From a virus (Duplodnaviria; Caudoviricetes), in IMG/VR virus record IMGVR_UViG_3300037478_000666, positions 1 to 54,023 of that record: 54,023 nt of DNA, one strand, 5' to 3'. The notes under the pieces were generated by a model that was not told the DNA's origin, ran no database searches, and was given only the letters and a program-made list of their open reading frames with translations. Below, in pieces: positions 44,511 through 53,140 of this stretch. Numbering within the stretch: position 1 is the first letter of the stretch; each line of letters opens with the position of its first letter. A program made the position numbers and the translations under genes.

Positions 44511-45019
44511 TCGGTCACCCTGTACGGGCGAGCGTCGTGCGCTACGTGGCCTTGGGCGCATCCCTTTCCGCCGACGGTGCCTACCGGTACGCGCTCACCC
44601 GGCGATGGGACGTGCTTTCCTCACGCTGTCTGGTCGTGGTCGGCCTGAACCCGTCGACGGCGGACGCTCACACCGACGATCCGACCATCCGCCGGTGCGT
44701 GGCGTTCGCCAAGCGCGAGGGCTGCGGCCAGCTGCTCATGCTCAACCTGTACGCCCTCCGCTCCACGGATCCGGCGGCCCTCTGGTCGCACCCTAACCCC
44801 ATCGGGCCGGGAAACGACAGCCACATCAAGCGCCTGACTGGCCCGTCCGACCTCGTGTTGGCTGCGTGGGGGTCGAACGCTCGCGATGCGGACCGGGCGA
44901 GTGCCGTGCTGGCGCTCCTGCCGCCAGTCGTGTGTCTGGGAACGACGAAGGACGGCCATCCGCGCCATCCCCTGTACGTGCGCGGCGACACGCCGCTGGT
45001 ACCATGGAGGCGGCCGTGA
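44507..45019 (+). CDS. DUF1643 family protein
   Basis: YRYALTRRWD, GLNPSTAD..DDPTIRRC, NLYALRSTDP, AAWG, PRHPLY. Confidence 0.9.
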   Translation: MIGHPVRASVVRYVALGASLSADGAYRYALTRRWDVLSSRCLVVVGLNPSTADAHTDDPTIRRCVAFAKREGCGQLLMLNLYALRSTDPAALWSHPNPIGPGNDSHIKRLTGPSDLVLAAWGSNARDADRASAVLALLPPVVCLGTTKDGHPRHPLYVRGDTPLVPWRRP

Positions 45020-45097
45020 GCACCCGCATCCACGTCGGCGCGACTGAGTGGTGCCGGAAAGTGTGCCGAATCATACGGCAGGCTGGAGGTGCATCCC

Positions 45098-45358
45098 ATG
45101 GCTGACCGGTGGCGGTGGTACCGCGATCCGCGCATTTCCCGCGCGGCATATCCGCGGGTGCTTCCGTGCCGGTGGTGCGGGACGCCCGCCGACTGGATCG
45201 CCGGGTGGTGCTCTGGCGCGTTCCGCGGCCGGTTGCGGTGGGCTCATCGTGCTCTCTGCGGCCAGCACGCCGTCGAGTGGTGTCTTGCCGTGGCGATCGC
45301 GCTGCCGGCTGAACTGGATGGCGGGACGACGATCATCGGGCCGAGAGGTGCCGCGTGA
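45098..45358 (+). CDS. Small Cys-containing hypothetical protein
   Basis: GGAGG RBS; CRWC..C..H. Confidence 0.55.
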   Translation: MADRWRWYRDPRISRAAYPRVLPCRWCGTPADWIAGWCSGAFRGRLRWAHRALCGQHAVEWCLAVAIALPAELDGGTTIIGPRGAA

Positions 45359-45999
45359 GCGTCTACTACTCCCTCGACGCGACCTTCCGGCCGATCGACG
45401 TCTGGCCGGGCCAGCGAGCCCTGGAACGACGGCGCTCACCCTTCAAGGCGAGCTGGGGGCAGACGCTCGATCTCCTGAAGAAGGAGCTGCGCCAGCTCGA
45501 CGCGAAGAATCTTGTCATCCAGGTCGCGATCCCGGAGAACCAGATCCGGCTCGACGGCTACCCGTACGCCAATGCCCGCGCTTCACACCCGGGTGTCATC
45601 CTCGCCTTCGATTCCCGGTTCGGTCCGCTCAAGTACGCGGTCGACACGTTCACGAGCTGGGAAGACAACATCCGCGCGATCGCGCTGGCGCTCGAGGCGT
45701 TGCGGAAGGTCGACCGGTACGGCGTCACGAAGCGAGGCGAGCAGTACACGGGCTGGCGAGCGCTTCCACCCGAGGGCGGATCGAGCGCGACGTTCACGGC
45801 CGAGTCGGCCGCGGCGTTCATGTCGGCAGCCAGCGGGAACGGCGCGACCGCCCAGACCCTGCTGCGCGACGCTGAGTCCGTGCGGAAGGCATACATCTCG
45901 GCCGCGCAGAAGCTCCATCCCGATCGCGGCGGGTCGACCCGCGAGTTCCAGTTGCTGTCGATCGCGAAGCAGGTCCTGGAGAAGCATCACGGCAGGTAG
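45355..45999 (+). CDS. Phage protein with C-terminal J-domain (DnaJ-like)
   Basis: HPGVILAF, NIRAIALALEALRKVDRYGV; VRKAY..AQKLHPDRGG. Confidence 0.85.
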   Translation: MSVYYSLDATFRPIDVWPGQRALERRRSPFKASWGQTLDLLKKELRQLDAKNLVIQVAIPENQIRLDGYPYANARASHPGVILAFDSRFGPLKYAVDTFTSWEDNIRAIALALEALRKVDRYGVTKRGEQYTGWRALPPEGGSSATFTAESAAAFMSAASGNGATAQTLLRDAESVRKAYISAAQKLHPDRGGSTREFQLLSIAKQVLEKHHGR

Positions 46000-46054
46000 G
46001 GTCCACGAACGGACACGGGGGGAGGACGGGCAGCCCATGGAGGGGTGGTAGGGA

Positions 46055-46882
46055 ATGGCCGAGTACGGGCACATCAAAGTCAGCCGGAAGATGTACCTGC
46101 CACCGGAACAAGGAGGCGATCCGTTCTGGAACGAGCGCCGGGTGTTCAGCCGATACGAGGCGTGGGAATACATGATCCAAGCTGCGGCATACGCTGACCA
46201 CACGTGGGCGGTCGAGGGTGGGGCCGTGGTCCGGATCCGGAGGGGCGAAACCCGACCGCTTTCGGTGCGCACGCTTATGAAGAAGTGGGGGTGGAAGTCG
46301 AAGAAGCGCGTCACGGCCTTCGTCCAAAAATTGATGGATCTTGAGCGAATTTGTGTCGCGCAGCGCACCATCCAAGGGGACACGTATCTACTTGTAAACT
46401 ACGAGGCTTACCAAGGCGGCGGGGACAGCGACGGGGACACTGACGGGGACAGCGGCGGGGACAGCGGCGGGTACAGCGGCGGGGACAGTACTAGAGAAGA
46501 AGGTAAAGAAGGAGAAGTAAAGAAGGTCCCTAGAAAGAGGCGCGCAAGCGCGCGTGAGTCCTGGGACACATGGAGGCCGAAGGATGGTCACGCCGAACTC
46601 GCGACAGCCCAGGGCCTCGACCTGGCTGTCCAGGAGTCGATGTTCCGCGACCATTTCATCGGAAACGGCAAGCCGCTTCGCAATCGCGATGCCGCGTTCC
46701 GTAACTGGCTCCGGCGAGCCAAGAGCTTCGATACAAACGGGAGGACGCATGGGAAAGCCAGAGCCGACAGCCGACGAACTGATGGCCAGACGGGCCGAGA
46801 TCCGGAAGGCGCAGGGACTCGACCTTCCAAGTACGAGGGCCTCGTCAAGCGTAGTCCCGTTGCGGCGGGTGGCGACGGTTGA
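46055..46882 (+). CDS. Replication initiator protein (lambda O-like position)
   Basis: GHIKVSRKMY, AWEYMIQAA, RGE..SVRTLMKKWGW; internal iterons; C-terminal FRDHF..DAAFRNWLRR. Confidence 0.8.
   Translation: MAEYGHIKVSRKMYLPPEQGGDPFWNERRVFSRYEAWEYMIQAAAYADHTWAVEGGAVVRIRRGETRPLSVRTLMKKWGWKSKKRVTAFVQKLMDLERICVAQRTIQGDTYLLVNYEAYQGGGDSDGDTDGDSGGDSGGYSGGDSTREEGKEGEVKKVPRKRRASARESWDTWRPKDGHAELATAQGLDLAVQESMFRDHFIGNGKPLRNRDAAFRNWLRRAKSFDTNGRTHGKARADSRRTDGQTGRDPEGAGTRPSKYEGLVKRSPVAAGGDG
46421..46525 (+). repeat. Probable replication origin: six tandem 12-bp iterons (GGGGACAGCGGC consensus) followed by a purine-rich A tract
   Basis: Units at 46421, 46433, 46445, 46457, 46469, 46481; then AGAGAAGAAGGTAAAGAAGGAGAAGTAAAGAAG. 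Confidence 0.8.
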
Positions 46883-47645
46883 GCCTGCAATCGTGGATGC
46901 CGACGAACCCTGTCCGCGGTGTGGAAAGAATCCGGCCCGGACGATCCCGGGGGCGTTCCGTGCCCTGCATTGCGGCCCGTGCGCCGACCGGCTCGAGGAA
47001 ATGCGGTCCGGCCGGGTGAAGGACACCACTGAGCGCCGAGCCGCCGAGATCCGGCACCTGCTCGACGACATGGGCGTCAACGTCCGCCGCTACGGCAATG
47101 TCACGCTGGACGGCTTCGACCCCCATCCGGACCGCTCCGCGCTGGAAGCCGCTCGCCGCCTCCTCGAGGAGTTCCGGGCCGGCCTGCGACCGAGCCTGTA
47201 CCTGTTCGGCCGGCGCAAGGATGAGCCGCTGGCCGCCGGCAACGGCAAGACGCACCTCGCCGTCGCGATTCTGCGGGAGTTGGCACTGGATCCGGCGATC
47301 CCGCCGTCGTCGCTGCGGTTCGTGTTCGTCCCGGAACTGCTGCTCCAGATCCAGGACACCTTCGACTCACCCGAACGCCGGACCCTCGACGTGGTGCGGT
47401 CGTTCGAGACACCGGAGTTGCTGGTATGGGACGACATGGGCGCCGAGAAGATGTCCGAGTTCGCGGTCCGGACGCTGTACACGATCCTCTACAAACGGGA
47501 GGGCCGCTCGAACGTGTTCACCTCGAACCTGACGCTCGACCAGCTGATCAAACGCGACGCGTTCGCCGAGCGGATCACGAGCCGGATCGCCGGCGACGCG
47601 GAAGTCGTCGAGATGAGCGGGCCGGACCGGCGGCTGATGCGATGA
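46749..47645 (+). CDS. DnaC/IstB-like AAA+ helicase loader
   Basis: GGAGGA RBS; CPRC..CGPC; GNGKTHLA; LLVWDDMGAE; FTSNL; RITSRI. Confidence 0.9.
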   Translation: MGKPEPTADELMARRAEIRKAQGLDLPSTRASSSVVPLRRVATVEPAIVDADEPCPRCGKNPARTIPGAFRALHCGPCADRLEEMRSGRVKDTTERRAAEIRHLLDDMGVNVRRYGNVTLDGFDPHPDRSALEAARRLLEEFRAGLRPSLYLFGRRKDEPLAAGNGKTHLAVAILRELALDPAIPPSSLRFVFVPELLLQIQDTFDSPERRTLDVVRSFETPELLVWDDMGAEKMSEFAVRTLYTILYKREGRSNVFTSNLTLDQLIKRDAFAERITSRIAGDAEVVEMSGPDRRLMR

Positions 47646-47676
47646 CCATGACCAGCCTCGACGCCTGGTTCGACTG

Positions 47677-47880
47677 ATGCCGCAGCCCAACGTGACCCGA
47701 CGACCCTCGCGCGCCACCAAAGCCCCGATGGCCGGCATCAACCGACGGATCGAAAAGCTCGAGCGCCTCGAGGAGCTGCCGACGCCGCGGCTCGACCGCC
47801 TGGTCCGGTCCGGCGTGCTGAGCGACGTGCTGCAGCTGCAGGCCGAAGCGCTGCTCGCTCGGCGGAAGGACAGACGATGA
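47677..47880 (+). CDS. Small hypothetical protein
   Basis: 67 aa; coupled downstream. Confidence 0.5.
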   Translation: MPQPNVTRRPSRATKAPMAGINRRIEKLERLEELPTPRLDRLVRSGVLSDVLQLQAEALLARRKDRR

Positions 47881-48200
47881 GCAAACTCAACTGCCCCGCT
47901 TGCGGCTCGCCATCGCTCGGTACCGTGATCGACTCACGAATCGTGAGGGGAACCTTCGTTCGGCGCCGTCGAGTCTGCGGCGACTGCGGCAGCCGCGAGA
48001 CGACGTACGAGTTCAGCCGTGCGACACTCATGCCGATCGTCGACCGGTACCGCCGGCTCCGCGGCCTTGTGAAAGGCCTGCAACGGGAGATTCGCACCGG
48101 CTACGAGGATTTGCCGTGGACGATGCGAAGCAACGACGAGACCTCTGGTAAGCCGCGCTGGGTTCTGAACAAACGTCAGCCGGAGACCTCGGACCAATGA
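47877..48200 (+). CDS. NrdR-like Zn-ribbon protein lacking the ATP-cone
   Basis: CPACGS..VIDSR..VRRRRVCGDCGSRETTYE. Confidence 0.8.
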   Translation: MSKLNCPACGSPSLGTVIDSRIVRGTFVRRRRVCGDCGSRETTYEFSRATLMPIVDRYRRLRGLVKGLQREIRTGYEDLPWTMRSNDETSGKPRWVLNKRQPETSDQ

Positions 48201-49006
48201 CCGACACCCCCGCACCGGCCCGTCGGCTCACCGCCGCAGAGCGTGAGCAGTGGTGGCGCGAGAACCGCGATCGCACGGACGAGCTGCTGCATTCACCGGA
48301 TCCAATCCCGCGGATCGGCGGCGTCGACGACGCGGCCGTGAGGCCTGGCTGGTATTTCCGCGACGAGCACCACAAGCGGCCACCCGTCGAGCGCGCTCCG
48401 GTGATCGATCTGCGGCGGACGAAGCCGGCGCGAGCCTCGAAGAACGGCCGGCCGAAGAAGGGGGATGGCATCGAAGTCCGCGACGGTGTCGTGACGGTTG
48501 ACGGCGTGCGGTTCGGCGAATGGATCCGCCAGAAACGACGAGGAATCATGATCCAGTTCACCGTGTTCGGCACCGCGAAGCCCGCAGGCAGCAAGCGCGC
48601 ATTCCGGCTCAAGAACAGCAACCGCGTCGTTCTCACTGACGCCAACAAGAACTCGAAGCCCTGGAAGGCCGAGGTCGCGCAGGTCGCCGGCCGCCACGTC
48701 AACGGCGCCGGCCTGCTTCGCGATCCGCTCGACGTGCATTTCGTGTTCTACGTGGCTCGGCCGAAGGGTCACTTCACGAGCAAGGGCGAGCTGTCAGCGA
48801 AGGGGCAACGGGAGTCATTCCCGGCGAAGCGGCCGGACGTTCTGAAGCTGGCGCGCGGCGTCGAAGACGCACTCACCGGGGTTCTGTACGCCGATGACAG
48901 CCAGATCGTGATAGAGCGGCTGGAGAAGCGTTGGGGCGAGCCGGAACGTGTCGAGATCACGATCACGCAGGCGGTCAAGCCGGCGCCACTCCTGGACGCG
49001 ACATGA
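48197..49006 (+). CDS. rusA: RusA-family Holliday junction resolvase with N-terminal extension (core may start at 48548)
   Basis: KRPDVLKLARGVEDALTGVLYADDSQIV; MIQFTVFGTAKPAGSKR. Confidence 0.85.
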   Translation: MTDTPAPARRLTAAEREQWWRENRDRTDELLHSPDPIPRIGGVDDAAVRPGWYFRDEHHKRPPVERAPVIDLRRTKPARASKNGRPKKGDGIEVRDGVVTVDGVRFGEWIRQKRRGIMIQFTVFGTAKPAGSKRAFRLKNSNRVVLTDANKNSKPWKAEVAQVAGRHVNGAGLLRDPLDVHFVFYVARPKGHFTSKGELSAKGQRESFPAKRPDVLKLARGVEDALTGVLYADDSQIVIERLEKRWGEPERVEITITQAVKPAPLLDAT

Positions 49007-49244
49007 AGGCTCACAGAGCCGCGACGCTGTGATCGCTCTGGTGATCGCCGCCGCAGGTTGCACCGATGGCCCCACCGAGCGCGTCCAGATCGTCGCGGTC
49101 CAGTGCGAGCCGCGTGGCGGCAAGGCCGACTGTAAGACGGTCGTGCAGTTCCCGGACTCGACCCGCCGGATCCGGAGCGACCGTTGGGGAAACGTCGGCG
49201 ACGTATTCCACGCCCGGAAAGGGGGTGCAGGATCATGGCGATGA
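49003..49244 (+). pseudogene. Lipoprotein with an apparent 1-nt frameshift in its signal peptide
   Basis: MKAHRAATL-stop (49003-49032) overlaps VIALVIAAAG-C in another frame from 49029. Confidence 0.45.
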
Positions 49245-49849
49245 GCGAGAACGCCGCGAGAGCGGAGCGGAAACCGTGGACGTATCCGTACACGGCCGAT
49301 GAGATCGTGGCGATTGCTGAGGGCACGGTGCTGAATACAATGGCGCGCAACCCGGCGGAGTACTCGTGGTCGTTCGAGGCTCGCAACATCGCGCTGCGAA
49401 GGATCGCGATGGACTACGCCGCCGCGCTCCGCTCCGACGCAGCATCCGGGCGGGAGTATGTCTGCTGCCACCGACCAATCGACCGCTCCACTCCGTTCTA
49501 CCTCATCGAACGCGACGAGGACGGGCGGCCCCTCTGGTTCGCCTCCCGACTTGCGGAACAATGGACGCCGGACGTGCATCGGGCCGACGCATACTGCTGG
49601 CGGGTTTCGGCGGCGCGAGATGCACGGCGGTTGAGCGATTCGACCCCGTGCAAAGTGACCGAGCACGCATGGCTCCGCTCCGCAGAATCTACCGCAGACC
49701 GTCCAGCCCGAGCCGCGAAGGCTTCGCCAAAACTGACGCGGCTGTTGTGGGATCTGGCAGGATCGGCCGTCTGGAAGGACCGTGTTCCAGAGTGCATAGC
49801 CGAGCTCGTCGCGCTGACGGCAGAGCCGAGCGAGCCCCGCGATGGGTGA
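49241..49849 (+). CDS. Hypothetical protein
   Basis: ATGA-coupled; about 200 aa. Confidence 0.6.
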   Translation: MSENAARAERKPWTYPYTADEIVAIAEGTVLNTMARNPAEYSWSFEARNIALRRIAMDYAAALRSDAASGREYVCCHRPIDRSTPFYLIERDEDGRPLWFASRLAEQWTPDVHRADAYCWRVSAARDARRLSDSTPCKVTEHAWLRSAESTADRPARAAKASPKLTRLLWDLAGSAVWKDRVPECIAELVALTAEPSEPRDG

Positions 49850-50099
49850 GGCGAGGCAGCGCCGCGAGCGCGGTGAGATCGAGCGGAAGCGGTTCGAGCC
49901 CGGGCCACGACTGACGTCGAAAGGCTGGGTCTGGCTGGCGGCGGACGGGCACGTCTATCGGCTGGTCCGCGGCCGGCGCATCGAGGACTCGGCGTTCCGA
50001 CTCGACGTCCAGGCGGCGGCCGTGCGCACCGACAGCCGCATCGTGCGGCCGAGCGGTGATGATGTGCTGCGGATGGCGGCGGAGGCAGCGCGGAAGTGA
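49842..50099 (+). CDS. Hypothetical protein
   Basis: MGEARQRR start; 85 aa. Confidence 0.6.
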   Translation: MGEARQRRERGEIERKRFEPGPRLTSKGWVWLAADGHVYRLVRGRRIEDSAFRLDVQAAAVRTDSRIVRPSGDDVLRMAAEAARK

Positions 50100-50743
50100 T
50101 CACGGTCGTCACGGTGCTTCGGACCGGCGGCGGGACGTACACCGCCGAATGGGTGAACCGGCTGTATGCCGGGGTGCAGCGTCACCTTCCCGTCGACCAC
50201 GACTTTGTCTGTCTCACGGACGACCCGCGCGGAATAGATCGCGGAGTCTGCGTCGAACCGCTTCGTCACGACTGGCCGGGCTGGTGGGCGAAGCAGGAGC
50301 TGTTCACGCCCGGCCTGTTCGACGATCTCGTGATCTACTTCGACCTCGACACCGTGATCACCGGTGACCTGGTGCCGTTCACGGGCTACACCGGGCCTCG
50401 AGCGTTCCTGCGTGACTTCTTCCGCTACCGCGAGAACATGATCGGTTCCGGCATGATGCTCTGGAGCGGCGACGAGATGGCGGACATCTACCGCCAGTTC
50501 ACGAAGGATCCCGAGGCTCACATGCGAACCTTTCGCCGCCGTTCGGATGAGTTCACGAAGCGGTTCATGGGCCGCGGCCACTTCATCCAGGATCTCTACC
50601 CGGGCCTCGTCGTGAGCAGCAAGGCGCACTGCCAGACCGGTTTACCCGAGAACGCTCGCGTCGTCTGCATGCACGGCCGGCCGCGGATGACGGAACTCGA
50701 GCCGACGCACTGGCTGCGTCAGCGATGGGAGGCGGTCGCGTGA
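50096..50743 (+). CDS. GT-A fold glycosyltransferase-like protein
   Basis: YTAEWVNRL..FVCLTDD..GWWAKQELF..IYFDLDTVI (DxD)..CMHGRPR. Confidence 0.8.
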   Translation: MITVVTVLRTGGGTYTAEWVNRLYAGVQRHLPVDHDFVCLTDDPRGIDRGVCVEPLRHDWPGWWAKQELFTPGLFDDLVIYFDLDTVITGDLVPFTGYTGPRAFLRDFFRYRENMIGSGMMLWSGDEMADIYRQFTKDPEAHMRTFRRRSDEFTKRFMGRGHFIQDLYPGLVVSSKAHCQTGLPENARVVCMHGRPRMTELEPTHWLRQRWEAVA

Positions 50744-51621
50744 ACCGGATCACTGTGATCTCCGGCGGCCTGCACCGGTCCGGCTCGACATGGCTCTACA
50801 ACACGATCCGGATCGGCCTCGGCGAGGACGTCTACGCGGCCTTCGAGGACCGCTACGACGGCGAGAACCGCCGTCCGAAACACGTCGTGAAGGCGCACGG
50901 CTGGCAGCACTGGTTCCTGGACGCGGGCGCGATCGTCATGACGATCCGCGACCTCCGCGCCGTTGCCGCGTCCGCGGTCCGGAGACGCATGGTGCCGCGC
51001 GACCGCGACCGGATCGTCGAGTGGCTCAGCAACCTGCTCCGCCGCGAATGGCTGTCCTGGCAGGGCGCGGCGCACCTGATCGTGCGCTACGAGGAGGCGG
51101 TCGAACATCCCGTCGACGCCACACGGGGCATCCTCGAGGCGATCGGCAGTGACGCCGACCCGCACTACGTCGTGCGGTGCGTCGACGCGCTGCGCGAGCC
51201 GTCGCGTGGCGTGGACCCGCTCACGCAGTTGCATGCGGGGCACCGCACCGCGTCGGACTGGCGGCGCGATCTCGGCCCCTCGGAGATCCTCGCGATCGAG
51301 GACGTCCACGGCGAGTGGCTCCGCGAGCAGGGGTATCCGCTCTCGTGGGAACTGCCCTCGCACTTCTTCGCGGATGAGATGAGCGTCGTTCACGTCATCT
51401 CCCCGCCGGAGCGGGTGGCGGTTTGCGGCGCGCGGCTGACGCTGCACTGTCGCGACGCCGGTGAGGCCGTCACCTGCGAGCTCTGCGGGAACGTCCGCGA
51501 GGCATATCGGAGACGTGCGCTGATGGCCGAGGACGACTACGAGGCGGTGCGCGAGGCCGTGGCGGCGGAGCGACGACAGCTGCTCGATGCGCTCGAGCAG
51601 ATACACCGGAGGCGGTCATGA
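50740..51621 (+). CDS. Sulfotransferase-like P-loop protein
   Basis: GLHRSGSTWL (5'-PSB-like), VKAH, IRDLRAVAAS (3'-PB-like), LIVRYEE. Confidence 0.75.
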   Translation: MNRITVISGGLHRSGSTWLYNTIRIGLGEDVYAAFEDRYDGENRRPKHVVKAHGWQHWFLDAGAIVMTIRDLRAVAASAVRRRMVPRDRDRIVEWLSNLLRREWLSWQGAAHLIVRYEEAVEHPVDATRGILEAIGSDADPHYVVRCVDALREPSRGVDPLTQLHAGHRTASDWRRDLGPSEILAIEDVHGEWLREQGYPLSWELPSHFFADEMSVVHVISPPERVAVCGARLTLHCRDAGEAVTCELCGNVREAYRRRALMAEDDYEAVREAVAAERRQLLDALEQIHRRRS

Positions 51622-52433
51622 AGGTCATGAATGTCGTCCTGCCGTTTCGCGGCGAGTTCGGGCTCAAACTGTGGTGGCACGTCCCTGCCGTGCACGCAAT
51701 CGAGCCGGACGTCTGCTACATCGAGGCTGGCGAGCAGGCGCTGTATCCGTCGGCCCGCGAATGGACCGAGGTCGACCGCCAGCACGATGACAGGCGCCGC
51801 AACAACTACGCGAAGGATGATGGCACGCCCGTATTCGAGGCGGTGGCCAGGTGGCGATTCCCGGCCGCCGAGCTGCTGAAGCCGACAGACCGCTGGCCGC
51901 GGAAGCGATTCGTGCCGCAGCCGCACCGGCCGCAGGGCGTCTCGTGCGACGTCGTCGTCTGCCCGCGCTGGCGCAACTACGGCGCCGAGAAGAACTGGCC
52001 GCACTGGGTGGACCTGACGGCGCGGCTGAACGCCGAAGGTCTGAATGTGTTCGCGGGCGGCGCGGCCGATTCGTCGCAGGAGGTTCCGGCCGTCCGTGCG
52101 TGGGAGTTCGAGCGCAACCTCGACGCGACGATCGAGGCCATGCACTCCGCCAAGCTCGTCGTCGCGACCGATGCCGGCCTCGCGCATCTCGCCGTGCTCT
52201 GCGGCCGGCCGCTGCTCATGATCACGCATGCCGACGGGCTGGTCGCTCCGGGCTCCGTGAACGACGAGCACGGCCGGCCCATGGAGCCGCAGTACTGGCC
52301 AGTGAAGATGCACCGGTACCACGAAGCGAACCACACCGGATCGCCGATCGAGCTGGTGAAGCATGCGTGGGACGATCCGGCGAGGGTGTTTGCACGGACG
52401 ATGGAGATCCTCGCCGTCGAGGAGGCCGCCTGA
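51618..52433 (+). CDS. GT9-like (heptosyltransferase-type, GT-B) glycosyltransferase
   Basis: GEFG, EKNWPHW, VVATDAGLAHLAVLCGRP. Confidence 0.75.
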   Translation: MKVMNVVLPFRGEFGLKLWWHVPAVHAIEPDVCYIEAGEQALYPSAREWTEVDRQHDDRRRNNYAKDDGTPVFEAVARWRFPAAELLKPTDRWPRKRFVPQPHRPQGVSCDVVVCPRWRNYGAEKNWPHWVDLTARLNAEGLNVFAGGAADSSQEVPAVRAWEFERNLDATIEAMHSAKLVVATDAGLAHLAVLCGRPLLMITHADGLVAPGSVNDEHGRPMEPQYWPVKMHRYHEANHTGSPIELVKHAWDDPARVFARTMEILAVEEAA

Positions 52434-53140
52434 TAGTCGTCGCGTATTACTCGCTCGGCACGCCCTATGAGCACGAGGCGCGGCTGCTGCAGGCCAGTCT
52501 CGAGCGCGTCGGGATGCGCCACCGCATCAAGGGATACCCGGACCGCGGCGACTGGTACGCGAACACGGCGTTCAAGCCGGAGGCGATCCGCGAAGCACGT
52601 AACGCAGTGGGCGGGCCGATGCTCTACATCGACGTCGATGCCTATGTCCACAGGGACTGTGAAAGCTACTTCGAGAACCTGGGCACACAGGGCGTCGACT
52701 TCGGGGTCCATTGGTTTGCCGGCCCCGCAAAGGGCCACCGCCGCCATGACGTGTGCCGTTGCGTTTCCGGGCAGCCGTGCAACCGGCCGCACCGGCTGCT
52801 GTCCGGCACACTCTTCTTTGGCGACACCCGCGGCGCTCGTCGGTTGCTCGACGACTGGATCGCGTTCAACCGCGTATTCCGCGAACGCGGCCTGACGCAG
52901 GGCGGCGGGCAGAAGAACCTGTGGTACCTGACAACCTGTATCGAGGGCATCACGACGGCGGATCTGCCCGGGCGTTACTGCTACGTCTTCGACAAGAAGT
53001 GGGCGTATCCGCTCAGCGAGCAGCCGATCATCGAGCACACAATCGCGAGCCGCGACAACCGGTCTGGCAGCCGTGCCCGGAACGCGGCGCGCACCAGCCG
53101 GAAGGCGGAACTGATGCGACTGTTGAGGCAACCCACATGA
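52430..53140 (+). CDS. GT-A fold nucleotide-sugar transferase-like protein (non-canonical CTG or ATA start)
   Basis: IVVAYYS..YEHEARLLQASL..WYANTAFKP..LYIDVDA (DxD)..LLSGTLFF. Confidence 0.75.
   Translation: MIVVAYYSLGTPYEHEARLLQASLERVGMRHRIKGYPDRGDWYANTAFKPEAIREARNAVGGPMLYIDVDAYVHRDCESYFENLGTQGVDFGVHWFAGPAKGHRRHDVCRCVSGQPCNRPHRLLSGTLFFGDTRGARRLLDDWIAFNRVFRERGLTQGGGQKNLWYLTTCIEGITTADLPGRYCYVFDKKWAYPLSEQPIIEHTIASRDNRSGSRARNAARTSRKAELMRLLRQPT

Noticed and set aside
46421-46492. Tandem repeats as a CRISPR array
   Set aside because: 12-bp units without spacers, in frame inside the initiator gene; they fit iterons.
51851-52429. 429-aa ORF start in the track
   Set aside because: The first 190 codons overlap the GT9-like gene out of frame and are not protein-like.
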